Positions 55,501 to 64,000 of a stretch of 64,000 nt of DNA are shown piece after piece. This DNA comes from Chrysomallon squamiferum (lineage: Eukaryota; Animalia; Mollusca), in contig CM022677.1 in NCBI GenBank assembly GCA_012295275.1, positions 9,486,001-9,550,000 of the forward strand, read 5' to 3'. How positions within the stretch are numbered: position 1 is the stretch's first letter; every line of letters starts with the position of its first letter. Position numbers and translations under genes: made by a program. Under the pieces are notes generated by a model that was not told the origin of the DNA, did no database searches, and saw only the letters and a list, made by a program, of their open reading frames with translations.

Positions 55501-55840
55501 CTAGGATGATTACACTGGTTATATGATGATTACACTGGTTCTTGGATGATTACACTGGTTCTAGGATGATTACACTGGTACTAGGATGATTACACTGGTA
55601 CTAGGATGATTACACTGGTACTAGGATGATTACACTGGTTATATGATGATTACACTGGTTCTTGGATGATTACACTGGTACTAGGATGATTACACTGGTT
55701 CTAGGATGATTACACTGGTTCTAGGATGATTACACTGGTTCTAGGATGATTACACTGGTTCTTGGATGATTACACTGGTTCTTGGATGATTACACTGGTA
55801 CTAGGATGATTACACTGGTTCTAGGACAATTACACTGGTT
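55501..55840. repeat. 20-bp minisatellite, 17 copies (ctaggatgattacactggtt)
   Basis: Head-to-tail copies with no spacers; the variant order ctag/atat/cttg recurs at a 120-bp offset. Confidence 0.97.
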
Positions 55841-56273
55841 TGAACTGCGGATAGAAATGAAGAATAGGTATTGACACGAACTTGTCCCCTTATTAATGAC
55901 ACACATGCATACATACACACACAAACACGCACACAAACACACACATACATACGTAGATTAAAGTGTGTGTGTGTTTGGGTATAGGGTATCTGAGGAGTAA
56001 AATCTTTCAGGACGGACTACACACTGACAATTCAAACTGTTCAGACACAGCAGATATTACATGGATCACATTTATTAGTTGTTACTTAAATTATAATTCA
56101 AAAACAATTACACAGAGTTCTTCTTCTTCGACTTATTATTATTGTTGTTATTATTATTTATTTAATATTAATTGTTAGTTTTATTATTTGTGTTCATATT
56201 ATCATCTTCTTTTTTTTTTTTTTTTTTATTTTTCTTCTTCTTCTTCTTCTTCTTATTATTATTATAATTTAAT

Positions 56274-56312
<39 letters not shown>

Positions 56313-56954
56313 TATTTCTGTGGTGTGTTATTTCCTGTTATGTTAATTCCGTTAGTAACATGTATTTTTGTTGTTGTTTTTTAGAAATTCATTATCAACA
56401 GAAATGTGTGTTCTTGTGTCAGAGTTGTGTGCGTGTGTGTGTTATATGAAGTAACAGGTGGCGAATCAACTTGCACACAGCACTGCAGGGCTTGCCTTTC
56501 CGTCACAGCTTTTGTATATGTAATTAAGTTTCTAAATTAATGCACGTAAATCAATATTTCATAGGTCTTTTTTAATTATATATATATATACATATATTTT
56601 ATTAATTTTTTAAATTATTATTATTTTTTTTTATTGATTGTAAATATCGTCACATTTAATATATAATGTATATTTGTGTGTGTGTGTGTGTGTTAGTTTG
56701 TGTGTGCTCACGTGTATGTATGTAACTGCTTTTGTACTTCCTTGTCAGTTTTAACCAGAATTGTAAGTTTTTTCCACTCGTATGTTATCACAGCTGTTGT
56801 TTAAATCGGTCTTTTGCTACAACTATTTTGATGCCGCACATCAACGTTTAGTAGTAAAAAAGAATTCTTGATTTATCGATAATTAAGTAATGGTATATTT
56901 GTAACAATCATTAACAATTCAGCAATAATATTATCTGTCGTAAAAAAATATATA

Positions 56955-57660
56955 CAGTATTCCCTCGCTATTCGCGGGGGTTACGTTCTTTACCCCCCCG
57001 CGAATAGCGAAAAACCGCGAATATTGGATGCAGTTTTAAAACGTCTATTATGAGATTATATACGGTACTAAATGCTTCCCAAACACTTTCTAAAGACACT
57101 CTTACTCATTAATACAGTAATAATGTAGTAATATTGCATGCAGTTATGTATTTCACTAATGTAGTAATGATAATGTAAACACATTTTAATTTTGTACTGA
57201 AACAATATTTTAATCAGAAAGAAACGTAAGTACACGAGGACAGTAACACCGCATAGCATAGTTACCCATACAGTATTACTGCACCGTAAAGTCATTTTCT
57301 ATGCGTACAACATATGTATTAGAATTGACAGAAAGTGGAACAAATTTAAAGGCAAAACAGACAGATAAATACAGTACGCACAGTTCAGGTAATAATATGC
57401 AATTAAAAACATTATTAATACACGGTCACAAAAAATATGCACTGTATATACAGTGTATGCATTTATAAAAAAAATACGTACTGTATTGCAATAATAATTG
57501 AAAAAATTTGATATTGTTTGTGCGGTTTACCGAGCATTTGTTTTTATGACGTTATGACGCTAGCCTGGTATACCAGCATACGATGCGATATGGTTAAGAG
57601 CCTAACCCGCGAATATGCGGGGCCGCGAATGGGGAACCGCGAATAGGTGAGGGTATACTG
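56955..57660. mobile_element. pogo/Tigger-type MITE (Tc1/mariner superfamily)
   Basis: TA|cagtattccctcgctattcgcgg ... ccgcgaataggtgagggtatactg|TA: ~24-bp TIR, TA duplication, subterminal ccgcgaat repeats, no ORF. Confidence 0.85.
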
Positions 57661-58966
57661 TACCATCCTTACAAACTGTTAAACATGAGACTTGTTTTAT
57701 AATTTCGGAAGAGTGCAAATAAAAATGTGTAAAAATGTGTAAAACTGTCAATTCGATTAACATGAAACTATCTTTGTACAAACGTTGTATCCGCTAAATG
57801 ATAGTAATAATCCATTGAAATATTAATAATCACTGATAAAAAATAATGTAAATAGTACACTGGAGAGAGTCGCCCGTAGGTCTGTCTGTGTGTACAGACC
57901 TTTGTTCCGCTGTTACAACGCGACCAGCACGTGACTAGCTATGAATTGTTCACGGTGTTTGAACATCACGATTTCTGTCTTGTGTTACCCGTGTCCTACG
58001 TGCGATCGATAAACACGCTAACAGTTTACACTGTTGTGATCAGTGAAGAAGATAGCTTAAAAATCCAACATGTATTTTTGTATTTGTATTCTTGTATTCG
58101 TATATCCCTTTTTGTCTTTCTGTTTTTCTTTTTTCTTTCTTTTTTTCTTTATATATATATTATAAGTATCATGAGCTCAGTGTTGACAGCAATATTTCTT
58201 CTAAATATTCTTTAATTTTTAAATTCTTTTTAATATTTATGATGGGATATAATCAGATTAATTTAACAACAAAATTGTTTTCTCTCTCTCTCACCAGTAA
58301 TTGGTGTTTTTTTTTCTTTTCTTTTCTTATTATTGTTTGCTTCTCGTTTATTTTTTTTTTTTTTTATTTTTTATTTTTTTTTTTTTTTTTTTTTGGGTCA
58401 GTATTTCACACTGTGTTTTGATGACTTTTTGAATTTTTATGTACAAAGTAATCATCATTTTCATGAATTGTCTTTGTCTGACATCGTGCTGGATTGTTAA
58501 ACTCATTCGTTCATTCTCTCTTTCTCTCTGTGTCTCACTGTCCGTCTCCAAAATTCTCTCTCCATTCTTTTTCTCTACACTTGTAATAAGTTATTAATAC
58601 GAGTTGAGTGCAGTGATATATTGAACTACGCGAAATCAGATAACACTTTCTTACGTAGTTTGTATGTCCCAGTAGGATAAGCTCGTTTTAATGAAGCACA
58701 TGTAGCTGCCCCGCATGAACTGACGTCTTGCTGGTATTAGTTGATCTGCATTTAATGTTAACCTGTGAGTGTGTATGTGTGTCACGTGTGTATGTGTGTC
58801 ACGTGTGTTGCTGTTGACAGTTAACCATACAGATATAAATAATACAAGTGAATTAACAATTAGCAGAACAAAACTGTTTACTTCACAATTAGGTAAGTTT
58901 GAGAAAGACAACACATTGTTATTACAACAATATCTACTAATAATAATAACAATTATTATTATTGAG

Positions 58967-59005
<39 letters not shown>

Positions 59006-59247
59006 GTATTTGTTGTTGTTCTTATTATTATTAATGTTATTATTATTATTGTTGTTGTTGATGATATTACTGGATAAGTATAATATGATGTCATTTGTTA
59101 AAATGTTTAGCAGCAATACGTGCTTTTTATATACCTTCTCACACAGGGAAGTTGACAAAACAACCATAGAATCAGAAGTTGAACATGATTGTTGACTACT
59201 GCTACTACTACTATTACTATAATAATAATAATAACAACAACAACAAC

Positions 59248-59278
<31 letters not shown>

Positions 59279-60428
59279 TAATAAATATATAAGAAACTAA
59301 GTAAACAAGTTAAAAAATAAATACTGCCTAGGAAAGTTACGTAGCCTTGTTAATATTTATCGAGGGCGTTAACATCAAATATTTTATGTTTTATTCAGTG
59401 TGTAAATATTTCAACTGTACTGTGTTATTTTTGTATATTAATGATATCGTTAATTTCTAAACAATATAAACAAAAGATCAGTTTAAGACAACTGGCCGGC
59501 GTTAATTTTATCAAAATAGTTTTATGTGAGAAAAGTGTGTGTATATATATATTATATATCATATTATTTTATATTTATTTATTTATTTATTTATTAATCT
59601 TTCACATATCTGTGACTCTGGGTGAGCGGAGAATAGGAGGGTGTATGAATAGCTGTGTGAGGTAGATAATTTAACAAACGTTACCGGATATGACTGATTT
59701 ACTAACTGCAGAATGTGCTGTGCTGTCTCTAAAGTTTAGTGTATAAATACAGTAGCTGTGTTGGAGTTCGGATAACAACTTAAACTTGTTATGAATGTCG
59801 TTATGGACAACCTACTGCAGATCAAACATCGTATCTGAAATATTTAGAGATTTAAATTGGAAAAAGCAGTGTTACTAAATTTATTAGTTTATTTACAAAG
59901 CTAATCATCAGTTCAAAGTCTATTTTATAAATGTATTATCAGTTCAGAGTATAGCAATGTGTTTCTTCTTCTCACTGTATACTGTATAATTCACTTGTAC
60001 TGGAACATAACTGTTGATAGGTAACCAGAATTACCTTTGCGTTTGTTTGTTTGTTTGTTTGTTTGTTTGTTTATTTATTTATTTATTTACTTATTTATTT
60101 ATTTATCTGTTTGTTTGTTTGTTTATAGCTATAACTATGCTACTCTATTCTATTTTCTCACCTACTTATATATACATTTATATTTATATAAAACATAATT
60201 ATTTATTTATTAAAATCGAGCATTAATCAAATCTTTGTAGAAATTTTTCAGATATAATTATTTACCTTTTACAATGAAACATGAATCGTGCATTGCGAAA
60301 TTAAACCTGTACACAGTGTGAAAAACATGTGATAAATTAGTCAAGGGACACTGGTTAGACCCTGCATTGTACACAGTGGAAGGGCGTTATCTTTTTATAC
60401 CACGTTGCTGTTGTTGTTGTTATTATAA

Positions 60429-60483
<55 letters not shown>

Positions 60484-61770
60484 TAGTATTAGTAGTATTA
60501 GTATTTTTAATCCAATTATTTCTACAGGCTATTTCATAGTTCCTTACTGTTTACATTGCCAGGGCTTTGCATGGTTCACCTGCTTTCTACAAGTAATTAT
60601 GTACGTTTTTGTGCACCTGGTTTGAGTTTCAGTTTAATTCAACATAGGACACGTTGTACTAAAGCAAGTTTGTAATAATATCCTGCCACAGCAACAGCGA
60701 GTCCATTCCAAACGTCTGACTCAAAACTTAGCAACTTTATTTTTCTTAAAATTACATTTTTATTTATTCTTTTGCTGGTCTTTATTTATTTATTTAAGGT
60801 ATTTTTGTTTTTCACTTTTTTTTTGCTTATAATAACGATAAATAAGACATCTAGATAGAAGAAATAGCTACAGATGTAGAACATTTTTTTGAAATTTTAT
60901 CTCTTTTTGTTTTACTCTCAGTAAGAAATCAGAGAATTACTAGTTGAGAACTACATTATGTAAGAAAATACACATGACATAATCTTTATTCGCTCTGAGT
61001 TACTGATGCATGAAACACTCTGACCCGCACAATAAAACCAAATTATAATCATATCTATTTATAAAAATGATTAACTGGGTGGTCACACTCATTGACATTA
61101 TTACTAAATTAAAGACATATTCTCCAGTAATAACTGATCTTGCACTGCTTCCATAGTCACAGTATCCCTCTACCTCGGTCGCTCTAACCACAGTTTGTGT
61201 GTGTGAGTGTGAGTGTGTGTGTGTGTGTGTGTGTCTGTGTGTGTGTCTGTGTGTGGGGTGTGTGTCTGTGTGGGGTGTGTGTGTGTGTGGGGGGGTGTGT
61301 GTGTCTGTGTGGGGTGTGTGTGTTTGTGTCCGCATGTGTGAACGTCCACATGAGTATTGGTTAAGAAATATTCACGTGTTTATAGTATGTATATTGTTCA
61401 GTTAATTTTACTCAGACATTGTTATTACTGTGCTGGATCAGAATATTAGTGTCTGTTTAAAGACGTCATTTTCGGACACCTGCACTTAGGTATTATTATG
61501 TAAACAGAGCTGATAAAATTGTCTAGCTCTCTGTCGCTGTGAATATGTTACCAATACTCTAACTGTTACTTGTACGAATTCTACTACCGCTGCTCTTTCT
61601 ACTTCTCAAACTATAATATTGTCGTTATCATTATTATTACTATTACTAATACTACTACTACTTCTATTATTATTATTACTATTATTATTTTTATTTATCT
61701 ATATTTTCAGACTGGTCTCATTCAGGAACTACGTTAATCAAGTGTGTCATGTTAATGTGGTCATGTGATC

Positions 61771-62838
61771 ATGTTATTGACTAGAATCTGGAAAAAGATT
61801 CTCTATATATTTCTGTTGAGTTTTTGCTGCCTGCACATGATATGGATATTACAGAGCTCAAACACATATGAAAACGTGACACAGTTTGATAATTCTCATA
61901 ATGAACTCGCTAGTCAGTATTTACCTAGAACTGTCAACTCCTTCCCCCAAAACTTTACTGTTACAAAGACAACTGTTAAGAAAGCGCTGAATTGTTCTAA
62001 AATAATAACAAAACCTGATAGCAGAGAATACTCGAATGGAGAGAAATATAACAACGTAATGGTAATGTCTGGTCCCGGTCGCCTTGGTAACAAAATGTTC
62101 CAGTATGCCTCACTGATCGGCATTGCTCGACTCAATGGGTTCACGCCCTACGTGATGCACAATGATCTGCTAGTAAGAACGTTTAAAATATCTCACGTGA
62201 CAAAGAAGCTGCCGGACACGTGGCTGTACCTCTGTGAAAACAGCTCCTCCACGTACGACCCGTGTCTTGAAGCTGTTCCTCGAAACCGGAATTACCGGAT
62301 GACGGGTTACTATCAGTCGTGGCGATATTTTACAAATGTCGAGTCTGAGGTGAAACAGGAATTTCGGTTTCGTGAACACATCAGGATCAAGGTGTCGAGG
62401 TATTTTGCTAATGCCGAGTTCAGAAATCGCACAATCGTCGGGATCCACGTGCGTAGAGGAGACATGAGAATTAGATCGTTGAAACAAAAAGGCTACACCA
62501 TCGCGACACTTGAGTACTTTCGTAAAGCGATGGCGTTCTTCAGAAACAAGTTCAAAAATGTTATTTTTGTTGTATGTTCAGACGATCACACGTGGGTAGA
62601 AACAAATTTGAACGCTAATGATGTAGTTTTTCACAAGCACGAATCTGAATTAGACATGGCCGTCCTCGCCAGCTGCCATCATCACATCATGTCTACGGGA
62701 AGCTTTGGCTGGTGGCCTGCCTGGCTTGCTGGGGGTCACACAGTCTACTACAGCAACTTCCCAGCCAAAAACACCTGGCTTGCCACGCAGTATAACAAAC
62801 CTGACTTCTTCCCTCCTTCCTGGATAGGCATGCAGTGA
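61771..62838 (+). CDS. Alpha-1,2-fucosyltransferase, CAZy GT11 (FUT1/FUT2-like), 355 aa, type II membrane
   Basis: Single coding exon (acceptor ttttcag at 61710, first in-frame ATG at 61771); N-terminal TM; motifs GRLGNKMFQYA, GYYQSWRYF, VGIHVRRGD, VVCSDD and DMAVLASC..STGSFGWW.AWL. Confidence 0.93.
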   Translation: MLLTRIWKKILYIFLLSFCCLHMIWILQSSNTYENVTQFDNSHNELASQYLPRTVNSFPQNFTVTKTTVKKALNCSKIITKPDSREYSNGEKYNNVMVMSGPGRLGNKMFQYASLIGIARLNGFTPYVMHNDLLVRTFKISHVTKKLPDTWLYLCENSSSTYDPCLEAVPRNRNYRMTGYYQSWRYFTNVESEVKQEFRFREHIRIKVSRYFANAEFRNRTIVGIHVRRGDMRIRSLKQKGYTIATLEYFRKAMAFFRNKFKNVIFVVCSDDHTWVETNLNANDVVFHKHESELDMAVLASCHHHIMSTGSFGWWPAWLAGGHTVYYSNFPAKNTWLATQYNKPDFFPPSWIGMQ

Positions 62839-62864
62839 TGTTTAGTATTAATGTTTGTTTCCCA

Positions 62865-63020
<156 letters not shown>

Positions 63021-64000
63021 TTATTGTCATGTACAAATATCTTCAGAATGTAAAATACTTTCAACAAAGACTGGTTTTACGTTTTTCTTATTTTTCTTAT
63101 TATTTATAATGTAACTTTTAATATTATATTAATATTGGTTTTATTTATTTATTTTGCTTTTCATCTCTTTGACAAATTGGTGAAGGCAGCATTTCCAAAA
63201 ATGATGTAAAGCAAATTATCTGTATAACTAGGTATCTTTATCTATCCACATTTAAAATAGCAGACTTTCAGTATCCAATCGGAACTCTACAATTAAGTTA
63301 TAAAATGATTAAAAACTTAACTTCAGCTATAAAATCCCCTAGAAGACTGAGTCCGCCTCTATGCTTTGTATGCTGACGGAAGTGGACTCACTCTTATATG
63401 TCTTTTCTCATGCCAGGAAACTAGAAAATTTATTAAAACAAGAACATGCACTGAAGAGATATTTATTTATTAGAAAAATGTTTCAAGCTGCCACACCCAT
63501 AGCAGATTGATAAAACATGTTATTGTTTCCTTATAATGAAGTTATAAAATGCCCATATTTGTTTAAACTCATTGAGATAATCTTATATCCTTTTACCTTA
63601 TTTAAGCTTATTTTGAAAAACCTCAATTTCTTATTATAATGTTTTGATAATAAAATTGCTTTTAATAATAACAACAACAACAACAAAAATGAGCCTTAGG
63701 TTGCTTTAAGTCCAAACTTTTTCCTGCTTAACAGCCTTAAAGGTAAAAAAAAAAAAATAATAATAAATAAAAATAAAAATAAATTCAGAACTTTTTGGCA
63801 AAGAGCAGCCTCTTGTCAGTGTATGTACACTGGTAAGCTGACATCAAACTGACTTTGAGTCACATACACACACTTTAACTTAATAAGTAAACACTTAAAG
63901 GGTAACTGTTTTGTTCTTTTATTTTAACACGTATTTGTTTATCAAAGTAGGTAAAATTAATCTTCTATTAACAGCAAACACCTTACCACTCCTCTAAATA

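Noticed and set aside
55501-55840. 20-bp array as CRISPR or a regulatory iteron set
   Set aside because: No spacers; an ordinary minisatellite with point variants.

Overview
AT-rich, microsatellite-laden animal DNA with GT-AG introns; a lophotrochozoan, probably a mollusc, is an inference and no taxon can be read directly. Positions 1-27394 (+) hold the 3' part of one very large gene that the ORF track misses because almost all of its exons are only 48-108 nt. I count 64 visible exons, all joined by phase-1 introns, encoding about 1,700 aa made of about 32 antistasin-like and about 17 WAP four-disulfide modules. The first 14.2 kb is a dimeric ~2.82-kb tandem array (five units plus one exon). 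Each unit encodes 237 aa with, by hand count, about 72 Arg, 13 Lys, 46 Cys and only 4 acidic residues, and carries a decayed stop-containing exon. A convergent five-exon secreted four-antistasin gene lies at 36462-32969 (-). Further along are a decayed Academ-type transposon with a TTA target duplication and two tandem type-II-membrane FkbM methyltransferases, one frameshifted, that share a 206-bp conversion tract. There are also a 149-bp palindrome, MULE/FLYWCH and pogo-type non-autonomous elements, minisatellites and a GT11 alpha-1,2-fucosyltransferase. The best candidates for new biology are the giant polycationic cassette-exon antistasin/WAP protein and a possible Golgi glycan O-methylation/fucosylation gene neighbourhood.
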